From Cetorhinus maximus (lineage: Eukaryota), in assembly GCF_964194155.1 (NCBI RefSeq), contig NC_135906.1, positions 23,312,001-23,376,000 of the forward strand: a stretch of DNA of 64,000 nt, read 5' to 3'. The notes under the pieces were generated by a model that was not told the DNA's origin, searched no databases, and saw only the letters and a program-made list of their open reading frames with translations. Made by a program: the position numbers and the translations under genes. Shown here piece by piece: positions 25,953-38,600 of the stretch (position 1 is the stretch's first letter; every line of letters starts with the position of its first letter).

Positions 25953-27768
25953 CGTTGTGAGAAAGATACATATCTTAACATTGAGAGCGGAGGTCAGGAA
26001 GTTCAACTCCCGATGAACCTTGGAGCTTTTGCGCATTTGCATATCAGGAGCGGGCTGCACATGCACAGATCAGCATTTTTACGTTCTTTGGTCTCAGAGT
26101 GCCTGTGCATAAAGAAAAAATGGTGCAAAAACCTGGGTCACGTGACCAAGAGCAGAGTGCCATGGAAGACTAGAGTTCCAATCAGGAGATAGGGAGAGGT
26201 CCTAAAGGGGAGAGGAGACAGGGAGAGGTCCCAAAGGGGAGAGGGGACAGTGAGAGGTCCCAAAGGGGAGAGGGGACAGGGAGAGGTCCCAAAGGGGAGA
26301 GGGGACAGGGAGAGGTCCCAAAGCGGAGCGAGGACAAGGAGACGTACTAAAGGGGAGAGGAGACAGTGAGAGGTCCCAAAGGGGAGAGGGGACAGGGAGA
26401 GGTCCCAAAGGGGAGAGGGGACAGGGAGAGGTCCCAAAGCGGAGCGAGGACAAGGAGACGTTCTAAAGGGGAGAGGGGACAGGGAAAGGTCCCCAAAGGA
26501 GGGAGAGGTCCTAAAGGGGAGAAGGGACAGGGAGAGATCCTAAAGGGGAGTGGGGACAGGGAGAGGTCCTAAAGGGGAGAGGGGACAGGGAGAGGTCCCA
26601 AAGGGGAGAGGGGACAGGGAGAGGTCCCAAAGCGGAGCGAGGACAAGGAGACGTTCTAAAGGGAAGAGGAGACAGTGAGAGGTCCCAAAGGGGAGAGGGG
26701 ACAGGGAGAGGTCCCAAAGGGGAGAGGGGACAGGGAGAGGTCCCAAAGCGGAGCGAGGACAAGGAGACGTTCTAAAGGGGAGAGGGGACAGGGAAAGGTC
26801 CCCAAAGGAGGGAGAGGTCCTAAAGGGGAGAAGGGACAGGGAGAGATCCTAAAGGGGAGTGGGGACAGGGAGAGGTCCTAAAGGGGAGAGGGGACAGGGA
26901 GAGGTCCCAAAGGGGGGAGGGGACAGGGAAAGGTCCTAAAGGGAAGAGGGGACAGGGAGAGGTTCCAAAGCAGAGAGGGGACAAGGAGAGGTCCAAAAAA
27001 AGAGTCCCAGAGAGAGGATAGGGACAGGAAAAATGTCCCCGTTCAGTTAAAAAAGAGAGAAGGAGAGAAACAGGCTTCAAACAGGAAAATGGCTGCAGGA
27101 AGCAGGCCTTAGTGAAGAAGGCAGCCAAAGTTTGGTGATTCCATGCTGTGGGCCACTGGGGCAAAGGTACCTCTTTGGGCCAGTCGTGCTCTGCTTAGCC
27201 TGCCCAAAGAGCTGATGTTGTGCTTGTGGGTTGACGCTTGAGTGCACACTTGGGAATCCAGGGGAACAGAATCTCAGGAGAAGAGATTGAAACCTTGCAA
27301 GGTGGGCTGTTGTTGATGCTGTCCGGGTTGGAGCCACTTTTGGAGGGTATTCCCAGATCTTCAAAGGTGATGGCTGGAATTCCTCATGAGAGACACAGGG
27401 ATTCCGTGAAATTGATCGACTCGCAGTGTTTACTGTCGTCTAGGTGGAGAAATCCATGGACTCTGCCTTGGTCGCATCTGCCACTTATTGTGTAGTGTGA
27501 TGTATTTGACCACAGCTTTCTTGTTAATTCACATGTACCTCATATTGACCATGAATGTTGAGTATAAGATACATATTATAAATTGTTTTATCTTTCTGAC
27601 CTTGGATAGTAAACTTTATTTTTGTTTGTTCAAAACCCATGCAATCTTGTGGCTTTATTCACTGAACAAGTGTCTTAAATCTCAAATGCTGTGCACTTTA
27701 AACAAAATGTTATTGGTCCCTAACCTAACCTTACCAAAACATTTGGGGTCTGGTCAAGGATCATAACA
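25953..27768 (+). mobile_element. Probable solo LTR (Gypsy-like) containing a minisatellite, inserted in a DeuSINE
   Basis: Termini CGTTGTGA...TCATAACA (imperfect TG..CA terminal inverted repeat). The flanking minus-strand DeuSINE is interrupted exactly here. AGTAAA poly(A)-like signal at about 27608. Confidence 0.55.
26190..27000. repeat. Purine-rich 29-bp minisatellite (GGGAGAGGTCCCAAAGGGGAGAGGGGACA)n with a 309-bp higher-order repeat
   Basis: About 27 units; identical ORF translations recur at a 309-bp offset (26202/26511, 26366/26675). Confidence 0.92.
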
Positions 27769-27999
27769 GCTGGAAGACAGCACCTCTGACAATGGAGCTC
27801 TTCCTCGTTACTGCCCTGGACTGTCATGTACAAATAGAAGTCCCTAATCCTTAATTTGTTGAGACTTCCAGTCATGTCCTATTCATCTTCCCCTTTTTTT
27901 CTACTAAACAGCACTTTGTAGTCCCCCAAATTGATGGCAGAGTTCAACACTATTGGGTTGAAAACATGGGAAAACAAATTGCAAGTGGCTCAAATGTTG

Positions 28000-30178
28000 T
28001 TCAAACCTCTCCCTGGACCATGACCCCACTACTGAACATCAAGCCATTGTTTCCAGGACTGTCACTGATCTCATCTCCTCTGGAGATCTTCCTTCCACAG
28101 CTTCCAACCTGATAGTCGCCCAACCTCGGACGGCCCGCTTCTACCTCCTACCCAAAATCCACAAACAGGACTGTCCCGGCAGACCGATCGTGTCAGCCTG
28201 TTCCTGTCCCACGGGACTCAGTTCTCGCTATCTTGACTCCCTTCTCTCTCCCCTTGTCCAGTCCCTTCCCACCTACATCCGTGATTCCTCTGACACCTTA
28301 CGTCACATCAGCAATTTCCAGTTCGCTGGCCCCAACTGCCTCCTCTTCACCATGGACGTCCAATCCCTCTGCACCTCCATCCCCCACCGGGATGGTCTGA
28401 GGGCTCTCTGCTTCTTCCTTGAACAGAGGCCCGAACAATCCCCATCCACCACTACTCTCCTCCGTCTGGCTGAACTTGTTCTCACACTGAACAATTTCTC
28501 CTTTAACTCCTCTCACTTCCTCCAAATAAAAGGTGTGGCTATGGGTACCCGCATGGGCCCCAGTTATGCCTGTCTCTTTATGGGGTATGTGGAACATTCC
28601 TTGTTCCAGTCCTACTCCGGCCCCCTCTCACAACTCTTTCTCCGGTACATTGATGATTACTTCGGTGCTGCTTTATGCTCTCGTCGGGACCTGGAAAAAT
28701 TTATTAATTTTGCTTCCAGTCTCCACCCCTCCATCATTTTCACATGGTCCATCTCTGACACTTCCTTTCCCTTCCTTGACCTCTCTGTCTCAATTTCTGG
28801 TGATAGACTGTCCACCAATATCCATTACAAGCCCACCAACTCCCACAGCTACCTCGACTACAGCTCCTCACACCCCGCTTCCTGTAAGGACTCCATCCCA
28901 TTCTCTCAGTTCCTTCGCCTCCGTCGCATCTGTTCTGATGATGCCACTTTCAAAAACAGTTCCTCTGACATGTCCTCCTTCTTCCTTAACTGAGGTTTTC
29001 CACCCACGGTAGTGGACAGGGCCCTCAACCGTGTCCGGCCCATCTCCCGCGCATCCGCCCTCATGCCTTCTCCTCCCTCCCAGAAACATAATAGGGTCCC
29101 CCTTGTCCTCACTTATCACCCCACCAGCCTCCGCATTCAAAGGATCATCCTCCGCCATTTCCGCCAACTCCAGCATGATGCCACCACCAAACACATCTTC
29201 CCTTCACCCCCACTGGCAGCATTCCGTAGGGATCGTTCCCTCCGTGACACCCTGGTCCACTCCTCCATCACCCCCTACTCCTCCTCCCACGGCACCTCCC
29301 CATGCAAACGCAGAAGATGCAACACCCGCCCCTTCACTTCCTTTCTCCTCACCGTCCAAGGGCCCAAACACTCCTTTCAAGTGAAGCAGCATTTCACTTG
29401 CACTTCCCCCAACTTAGTCTACTGCATTCGTTGCTCCCAATGCGGTTTCCTCTACACTGGAGAGACCAAACGCAGACGGGGTGACCGCTTTGCAGAACAC
29501 CTTCGGTCTATCCGCAAGCATGACCCAAACCTCCCTGTCGCTTGCCATTTCAACACTCCACCCTGCTCTCTTGCCCACATGTCTGTCCTTGGCTTGCTGC
29601 ATTGTTCCAGTGAAGCTCAACGCAAACTGGAGGAACAGCACCTCATCTTCCGACTAGGCACTTTACAGCCTTCCGGACTGAATATTGAGTTCGACAATTT
29701 TAGATGTTGAACTCTCTCATCCATCCCCACCCCCTTCCCATTTCTTCCCCCTCCTTTTTATTTTTTCCAATAATTTATATAGATTTTTTCTTTTCCCACC
29801 CATTTCCATTATTTTTAAATGTATTTCCACCATTGTTTATTTCTACCTTTTAGTATTCCCCCACCCCCACTAGAGCTATCTGTACCTTATCTGTCCTGTC
29901 TTATACTCTTAATTAGCACATTCCTTTAGATAATATCACCACCTTCAGAGACCTCTTTGGTCTTTTGTCTGTGACAGCTTTTGGTTATCTCTTCCTATCA
30001 CTGGCTGCTTGTCCCAACAAACCCCCCCCCCCTTAAACCAGCTTATATTTCACCCCTTTCCTATTTTTACTTAGTTCTGTTGAAGGGTCATGAGGACTCG
30101 AAACGTCATCTGTACTCTTCTCCGCCGATGCTGCCAGACCTGCTGAGTTTTTCCAGGTATTTCTGTTTCTGTTTTTGT
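28000..30178 (+). mobile_element. 5'-truncated Penelope-like retroelement (RT + GIY-YIG endonuclease) with 3' pseudo-LTR and hammerhead motif
   Basis: In-frame RFYLLPKIHK...GRPIVSAC, GVAMGTRMGPSYA, LRYIDD, then NLVYCIRCSQCGFLYTGETKR...RFAEH...GLN (GIY-YIG). One in-frame TGA at 28991-28993 (likely CGA decay). 10-bp TSD TCAAATGTTG at 27990-27999 and 30179-30188. Confidence 0.92.
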
Positions 30179-31010
30179 TCAAATGTTGGGCTTGTTTTCA
30201 GACATGGAGGGACTGTGAACCTCAACCAGAAACAACTTTGAAGATCTATCTCATGCAGCAATCAGGAGACAGCAAATTCTCTTCTATCTTAACTGATGTA
30301 GCTGATGTAACTGGAGGGGGCGCATGGTGGGATGTTCTCAGCACTGATGTTTGACCTTTGACATTTGAGTCGTATTAATCTCATTCCACCTTTTTTAAAA
30401 AAATATTATTGCTCATCAGCCATCAGGGATGAATTTGTCAAGGAAACAGGCCCAGTAGTCAACAAAGCATAATTGAGACAGAAAATGCAGGAGGTTATTT
30501 ACAGCAGGGAAATAGGACTGACTGGATTCCAAAGAGACCAGGCATGGGCTTGATGGGCTGATTGGCCACCTTCTGTGCCCTAATGACTCTAAGAGGTTCT
30601 GGCAACATTTATAAAGGGAAAAAGCAGGCTTTCAGTGTAGACTCATTATCTGAACTGAAATTGAGAAGAAGGCCCATCACTAACTGAGAGATTAGGACTT
30701 GCAAGCAACATCCACATCTGGACAATAAACCTAAAACCTAATCAACAAAACGGAGGAGGATGGGAAAGAACATCAATTGCCCAATTAAAGATAATATTTG
30801 ACTTAAAGGCATGCAGCATCACATGTCTATTACTATGGTAACACTAAGCTTTTTTAAAGGTAGTATGGGCACTGACTCATGGTGAATAGGGTTTTATAGA
30901 TTTGCACCTTCCAGGTTTGAGACTACACGTCGATCACCATTTTCACTAAATGACATTTGTATCAGTTGTGGCTCAGTGGTCAACACTTTACCTCTGAGTC
31001 TGAAGGCTGT

Positions 31011-32598
31011 GGGGAAGTGATGGTGTAGTGGTATTGTCGCTGGACTAGTAATCCAAGAGAACCAGGGTAATGCTCCAGGGACCTGGGTTCGAATCCTGCC
31101 ACAGCAGATGGTGGGATTTGAATTCAATGAAAAATCTTGAATTAAAAGTCTAATGATGACCATGGAGCCATTGTTGACTGTTGTAAAAAAACCCATCTGG
31201 TTCACTAATGCCTTGTAGGGAAGGAAATCTGTGGTTCTTACCTACATATGACTCCACACCCACAGCAATGTGGTTGACCCTTGCAAGCCACTCAGTTGTA
31301 ACAAACCACTATAAAGTCACAAAAAAGGAATGAAACTGGATGGACCCCTGGCATTGACCTAGGCACCAGAAATGACAATGGCAATCTCAGCCCTGTTGAC
31401 CCTGCAAAGTCCTCCTTACATCTGGGGGCTAGTGCCAAAATTGGGAGAGCTGTCTCACAGACTAGTCAAGCAACAGCCTGATATAGTCACCCTCATACAT
31501 TACAGATAATGTCCCAGAAACCACCATCACCATCCCTGGGTATGTCCAGGCCCAGCAGAGCTGGTGGCACAGTGGTATACAGTCAGGAGAGAGTTGCCCT
31601 GGGAGTCCTCAACATTGACTCTGGACTCCATGAAGTCTCATGGCATCTGGCCAAACATGGGCAAGGAAACCTCCTGCTGATTAACACCTACAGCCCTCCC
31701 TCAGCTGATGAATCAGTGCTCCTCCATGCTGAACACCACTTGGAGGAAGCACTGAGGGTGACCAGGACACAGAATGTACTCTGGGTGGGACTTCAATGTC
31801 CATCACCAAGAGTGGCTTGGTAGCACCACTACTGGCTGAGTCCTAACTGACATAGCTGCTAGACTGGGTTTGTGGCGGTGGTGAGGGAACCAAAAAGAGG
31901 GAAAAACATACTTGACCTCATCCTCACCAACCTGCCTGCTGCAGATGCATCTGCCCATGACAGTATTGATAGGAGGTCCTTGTGGAAATGAAGTCCCACT
32001 TTCACATTGAGGATACCCTCCATTGGCACTACCACTGTACTTTGAACAGATCTAGCAACTCCAGACTGGGCACCCATGAGGTGCTGTGGGCCATCAGCAG
32101 CAGCAGAATTGTACTCGAACACAATCTATAGCATCATGGCCCAGCAAATCCCTCACTCTACCATTACCATCAGCCTGCTTGATTGACACACACAAACATT
32201 CACTCCTCCACCACCGACGCACAGTAGCAGCAGTTTTTACCATCTGCAAGATGCACTGCAGGAATTCACCAAGGCTCCTTCGACAGAACCTTTCAAACCC
32301 ATGACCACTACCATCTAGAAGGACAAGGGCAGCAGATAAATGGGAACACCATCACTTGGAAGTTCCCCTCCAAGTCACTCACCACCCTGACTTGGAAATA
32401 TATTACTGTTCCTCCACTGTCACTGGGTCAAAATCCTGGAACTCCCTCCCTAACAGCACTGTGGGTGTACCTACACCACATGGACTGCAACGGCTCAAGA
32501 AGGCAGCTCACCATCACCTTCTCAAAGGCAACTAGGGATGGGCAATAAATGCTGGCCCAGTCGGTGAAGTCGTTAATCCCATGAATGAATAAAAAAAA
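31011..32598 (+). mobile_element. Internally deleted LINE (APE endonuclease plus RT C-terminus) with a tRNA-derived head
   Basis: A-box TGGTGTAGTGG (31021-31031), B-box GGTTCGAATCC (31086-31096); IWGLVPKLGELSHRLVKQQPDIV from 31420, GKNILDLILTN at about 31900; RT C-terminal HHRRTVAAVFTICKMHC; tail GGGCAATAAATGCTGGCC...(TGAA)n. Confidence 0.75.
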
Positions 32599-32684
32599 AG
32601 TCCTACTTCATGAGATTTGAGCCTGTAATCCTGGATGGTACTCCAGTGCAGGACTGAGGGAGTGCTGCACAGTTTTTGTTTTTT

Positions 32685-33400
32685 ATTATTCATTCACGGC
32701 TTGTGGGCGTTGCTGGCTAGACCAACCCTAATTGCCCTTGAGAAGGTGAGCTACCTTCTTGAATCATTGCAGTAGGTACACCCACAATGCTATAAAGAAG
32801 GAGTTCCAGGAATTTGACCCAGTAACAGCGAAGGAACGCAATATAGTTCCAAGTCAGGATGGTGTGCGGCTTGGAGGGAACTTGCAGGTGGTGGTATTCC
32901 AATGCATCTGCTGCCCTTGTCCTTCTAGCTGGTAGAGATCGCGGGTTTGGAAGGTGCTGTCGAAGGAACCTTGGAGAGCTGCTGCAGTGCATCTTGTAGA
33001 TGGTGCACACTGCTGCCACTGTCCATCAGTGGTGGAGGGAGTGAATGTTGAAGATGATGAATAGGGTGCCAATCAAGCGGGCTGCTTTGTCCTGGATGGT
33101 GTCAAGCTTCTTGAGTATTGTGGGAGCTGCACTCATCCAGGCAAGTGGAGAGTATTCCATCACACTCTTGGCTTGTGCCTTGTAGATGGTGGACAGGCTT
33201 TGGGGAGTCTGGAGGTGAGTTACTCACTGTAGAATTCCCAACCTCTGACCTGCTCTTGTAGCCACAGTATTTATTTGGCTGGTCCAGTTCAGTTTCTGAT
33301 CAATAGGATGTTGATAATGGGGGATTCAGTGATGGTATTGCCATTGAATGTCAAAGGGCGATGGTTAGATTCTCTCTTGCTGGAGATGGTCACTGCCTGG
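32685..33400 (-). mobile_element. LINE 3' fragment (same family as 31011-32598)
   Basis: RT C-terminal peptide (AAVCTIYKMHC...) and the shared tail. Confidence 0.8.
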
Positions 33401-33750
33401 CGTTGGTGTCGCTTTTTAGATGAGATGTTAAACCAAGGCTCATCTACCTTCTCAGGACATGAAAAGCCATCTGGTCCCAGTCAATATTTATCTCTCAATC
33501 ACCATCACTAAAACAGATGATCTGGACATGTATCCTGTTGCCTCTTGTCGGGCATTGCTGTGCATTAATTGGCTGCAGTGCTTCCTACATTCCAACAGGG
33601 ACTATGGAAGCACTTAGCTGGCTGTAAAGTCCTTTGGTACATCTTATGGTTGTGAAAGGCGCTATATAAATACAATCTTAATTTAGAAAGTGAATGCATC
33701 CAAAGAGTACAGGAACCATGAGGAGTCCATTCCCTCCCTCACCATGTATC

Positions 33751-34105
33751 CCAGTAGGGGGCACTGGTCAACAAGGCTGAACGTTTGGTCTATCTTCATA
33801 CTTCTGTAGCCCTGGGGTGCAGAAGCTGATTAGAAAGCCGCACAAGTCATAGAATCACATAATTGTTACAGGGCAGATTGAGGTCATTTGGCCCATTGTG
33901 TTGGCACCGGCTCTCCGAATGATTGGATGTTGAACCTGGAACCTTGAAATGAATAGTGTGAAATACCGGGAACATAGACAGCAACAGATGTAATGTTCGC
34001 ATTCTTTGATTTAACCTGCAAGAGGTGCTGTCGGACAGGAGAAGCTGTGGTCATGTTTAAAAGCATTAGTTCTCAAATATGCCACTCTTTCCCACCAGAG
34101 GGCAC
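33751..34105 (+). promoter_or_regulatory. Pair of CTCF-like motifs (CCAGTAGGGGGCAC 33751-33764; CCACCAGAGGGCAC 34092-34105)
   Basis: Both match the CTCF core CCASYAGRKGGCRS, are in the same orientation and lie in non-repeat sequence. Confidence 0.5.
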
Positions 34106-34126
34106 TGAAGCAACATAACCATTTTA

Positions 34127-34625
34127 CTATAATAAAAGCAAAATACAGCGAATTCTGGAAATCTGAAACAAAAACAAAAATAGCTGGAAAAACTCAGCAG
34201 GTCTGACAGCATCTGTGGAGAGGAACACAGTTGACATTTCGAGTCCGTATGACTCTTCATCAGAACTAAGGAAATAGAGAAATGAGGTGAAATATAAGCT
34301 GGTAGAGGGGTGTGGGATAGGTAGAGCTGGATAGAGGGCCAGTGATAGGTGGAGGCAAAGAGATTGCCAAAGATGTCATAGACAGAAGGACGAAGGGGTG
34401 TTGACGGTGGTGATATTATCTAAGGGATGTGCTAATTGGGACATTAAGGGTAGCAAGCAGGACAAGCTAGTGGCAGATGGCCCTAGTGGGGGTGGGTGGG
34501 GGGAAGGGCTAAAAGGTGGAGATGAAACAATAGATCAAAGTAAATTTAAAAATAGGTGGGAAAAGAAAAATATATATTTTTTTAATTATAAATTATTGGG
34601 AAAAGGGGGATCGGAAAGGGGGTGG
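34127..34625 (-). mobile_element. Penelope pLTR (3' UTR) copy with canonical CUGAUGA hammerhead core
   Basis: Homologous to 29720-30170. TSD CCATTTTA at 34119-34126 and 34626-34633. Confidence 0.8.
34229..34267 (-). ncRNA. Minimal type I hammerhead ribozyme motif (Penelope pLTR)
   Basis: AGTT-CTGATGA-A-GAGTC-ATACG-GACTC-GAAA-TGTC-AACT: stem I AGTT/AACT, canonical core, 5-bp stem II, GUC triplet. Confidence 0.7.
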
Positions 34626-35366
34626 CCATTTTAAAATGGACTCAAAGCAACCCGTCACTTGCTATCAAAGTGTAAAGACAGAGATTGAGGGATAACTGGG
34701 AATGAGCAATCACACCAACATTTTCTGATCATCTCAGGAAGGATCGTCACCCTCAACAGATTCTATTTACATTTAGAGGCTATCGAGTGGTTTGCAAACT
34801 TCTGGAGCACAAGAGCAAGAAAGGGAACCAGTCAGGCAAGGGGTGCTTGCAAGGTCAAAGTGGGAGAGTGCAAGGTTTCCTTCAGAAAGCTGGGAGAGAG
34901 GTACCAAGGCTGAGATTGGTGAGGGAGGGAGTCCCAGAGGTAGGTAGAGTCACCACAGCTCCTATCTGTGGAATATGGGAGGAGGGATGGAAAAGGGTGC
35001 AGATAAGGAGGAGATAGAGGAGGTGGGGTGAGAGGGAGACAGAGAGATGAGACAAGCTCATGGGAGAATTTGAGGGTAAAGAGAAGAACCTGAACGTCTA
35101 TTCCCTTGAGGAACGAAGAGTCCAGAAGGATGGAAATGAGTTGAACTGGTTATGAGTGTAGGTGAGTAAGTGGACTGTTGTGTTCTGGATAATTCTCTGC
35201 AAACAAATGGAATATGTTCCAGCCTTGTGCCTTTTTGAATTACTGGAGAGCTTAGGGAGATTTAGTTTCCAATTGCTTTCTCCATGCCAACATCTCGGCC
35301 AATCAGTGTCAACTTGTATTGGGAGAGACGTTGGTGTAGTGTCAGTATCAACTTGTATTGGGGGAG

Positions 35367-35670
35367 ATGGTGCTGTAGTGGTAAAGTCACTGAACTAGAT
35401 CTCCAGAGGCCCATGCTAATGATCTGGGGGCACAGGTTCAATTGTTCAGTGTAAACCTAGTCCTAGTAACGGTGACTGTGAAACTATCATCTTGTTATAA
35501 AAACCCTTCTGGTTCACTAATGCCCTTTAGGGAAGGAAATCTGCTGGCTTTACCTGTTCTAGCCCACATGTGACTCCACACCTACAGCAACGTGGTTGAC
35601 TCTTAACTGCCCTCTGAAATGCCATAGCTGGGCAATAAATGTTAGCCTTGCCAACATCCCATGACAGAAT
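35367..35670 (+). mobile_element. tRNA-derived SINE sharing head and tail with the 31011 LINE (other copies at about 12000-12140, 43230-43500 and 50150-50370, minus strand)
   Basis: GGTGCTGTAGTGG head, CTGGTTCACTAATGCCCTTTAGGGAAGGAAATCTG body, GGGCAATAAATG tail. Confidence 0.7.
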
Positions 35671-38600
35671 AAATAAGGACTTGCTGACCAATAAACAGTA
35701 TAAATTGTTGTGATCGATTGAAATTTGGGATTCTTGTGTTTGTCCAGATGAATACAAGTCAAAAAACTTCAGCAAGATGTCTCTCTTGCCAGCAATGTTC
35801 TGGATATCCTGGAGGGTGGGAGGCCAGCAAGGTGTATGTTGGAGGAAAAGAGCCTTGAGGTACTCAAGTTACGGCCTGGAAGTTTGAGGTAGAAGAGAGT
35901 TCGGGGCAACGACGAGAGATGATTTGAAAGTAAAAGAAGATGATCTTGCTGACCATGGGAAGCAGGGATTGACATTAAAGTTGAGCAGAGTTCAAAAACC
36001 TTCTTCAGCAAGTAGTTTAAAATGCAAAATACCTCACTGGCATTTTTCTTCAAATTTATGTGGTTGCTGGCACTCCTGTTTACCACAATAATTATATCCA
36101 AAATGTATATCAAGTATAAAATACAAAAAAAAATTCTCCTTTTGAAGACAGAACAAGTAAGAATTGAACAATTTTAAAAACACATCATGTTGCTCTGTTT
36201 CAAATCACCCCTGGTAAACATTACACTGAGAACAGGCAATGTGGTCTTCACGGAGAATGTTTGGGAGTGACTTTGTTTTGTCACCACAGGGAGCAGCAGC
36301 CAGCGCACTTTGTCTAATTGAGATGCCACAACGTTCACACTGAACAAATCCACAATCACTACAACCTGACTAATCACAGAATCTGTGCAAGTTTGAATGT
36401 CTCACATGAACTGCCAGAGTTAAGATACAAATCGCGCAACTCGCAGGCGAATCATACATGTTGATGAGCTGGAAGATAACTGGGTCCTACATAGCGCTTG
36501 CTTAAGCCCAGGAACCACATGCACCCCATTTCCCCTTCGCATTGGCAAACTTGATGACTCATGTCTCTATGCTTTCACTCATGAAGGCTACCACAGCTGG
36601 GACCTTTTCATAAGAACATAAGAAGTAGTAGCTGAAGTAGGCCTTTTGGCCCTTCAAGCCTGCTCAGCCATTCAACAAGATCATAGCTGATCTTTTACCC
36701 CAACTCCACCTTCCCACACTATCCCTATATCCCTTAATTTGCTTAATACCCAAAAATCTATCAATCTTGGTTTTGAATATATCCACAGTTCTCTGGGGTA
36801 GAGAGTTCCAAAGATTCACAACCTTTTGAGTGAAGAAATTTCTCATCATCTTGAATGGCCAACCCTTTATCCTGAGCTTGTGATCCTGTGTTCTAAATTC
36901 CCCAGCCAGGGGAACCATCTTCCCAGCATCTACCCTGTAGGAATTCCCCTTAGGAATTTTAAATGCTTCAATTCGATCAACTCTCATTCTTCTAAACTCC
37001 AGAGTTATCCTACTACCCTTAGAACAGGTCAAAGATTCCAACATAACTATTGGACAGAGACTTATAATGAATCCATTTGTGGTGAGGTGTTTCCTCTTTC
37101 CCCTTTGATTATGGGGCATTTGGGGTAGTGAAGTGCCTAACCTCCCATAACAACAACACAAACATTTGTATAGCACTTTGCTGAAAAGAGAGACAGGTTG
37201 CTGAAGCTTTATGTTTTGCACTCATCAGACAAACATAAGCATGCCAAATTTCAAACCATCCCAACAATTTATACAACCTTTTTAACATAGTAAAATGCCT
37301 CAAGTAGCTTCACGGAAGAGTTATCAAAGAAAATTTGACACCTACGGAAATATTAGGACAGGAAAGAGGCTGGTTTTAACAAACTTCTTAAAGAGGAGAA
37401 CGAGGTAGAGAAGCAGAGAGGTTTAGGGAGGGAATTCCAGAGCTTAGGGCCTAACAGCTGAAGGGGAATAAAGGCCTTGGCAATGGCCCATAACAGCAAC
37501 TTGAAATCTTATGAAGGCATAAGGCACAGAAGGAGGGAATTGGATAAATACTTGTGAAGGAAAATTTTGTTGGGCAACATTAAAGAGCAAGGGAATGGAA
37601 CTAATTGGACAGTTGTTTCAAAGAGCAGGCATAGGCATGAATGGTCTCCTTCTGTGCAATATTATTCTATGCCTCTATGACTTAATGACTCCTGCTGGAA
37701 TATGAAGGTGGGTTTGGCTTCAATTCCTCTCAGGCTCATAAATGAAGCATAGGCTCAGGGGTAATGTACCAGAGGATAGCTGGGCCTCGTTAAAACGGAT
37801 TCTATGCAAGTGGCAGAAAATGCATAACAAAATCCCTCTTATTAGACAAAGAAAAGCCGTTCCCAATTGCTGATGGTGCAAGGCCTAGGGGACACAGATT
37901 TAAGGCTTTGGGCAAGAGGCGTAAGGGGATTGTGAATGACCTGGAACTGGTGGAATTAGAGACAATTAATGATATCAACAGGAAGTTGGATGGGCACTTG
38001 AAGGAAATAAACCTGTAGGGTTGCAGGGATAGAATGGGGGAAATTGGACTAACTGGATTGCTCTACAGAGAACCAGCATGGACTTGCTGGGTCAAATGGC
38101 CTCCTTCTGTGCCATTATGACTTTATAATGTCATGTGACCCAAGGGCAAAGACCCTAAATTATTATTATCATGCATTTGTACACTATCCACTCACCTAGT
38201 TAATTCCTATTTATCCAACTCATGACTATTTCTTTCCTTGATCTATAAGTTGCAGTTTATGAATGGTTTCATATCTGCCTGATAAAGGTGCAACGATCTC
38301 TCTCAAGTTGCTACTAAGGACACAGGCATTTGCTAGGGTAAAGTGTCACCCATGGAACGTACATCAGCCACATTGTCTTAGTGGCCATTCTAAGTGGAAA
38401 GCTGGTTATCTGAGCCCTTACCCTTATCTGGCAAGATACCTTTCCCTGTGAAGCTGAGAAGTTGGACAGCAATCAGGAGCAGGAATCACACCTCATCTTC
38501 TTCCAATCCCAAATGCACTGGAAGAAAGACTTACATTTATATAGTGCTATTCATGACCTCAGGAAGTGCTTCACAGCCAATGAAATGGAATCACATTGTA

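Noticed and set aside
26138-26881. Collagen-like (GPKGERGQGE) and Pro-rich ORFs
   Set aside because: Translations of the 29-bp minisatellite; the Gly-X-Y register is not maintained.
31011-31100. tRNA gene candidates (also 2894-2955, 42100-42170, 48318-48385)
   Set aside because: A/B boxes are present but there is no proper cloverleaf, and each continues into a SINE/LINE body; these are retroposon heads.
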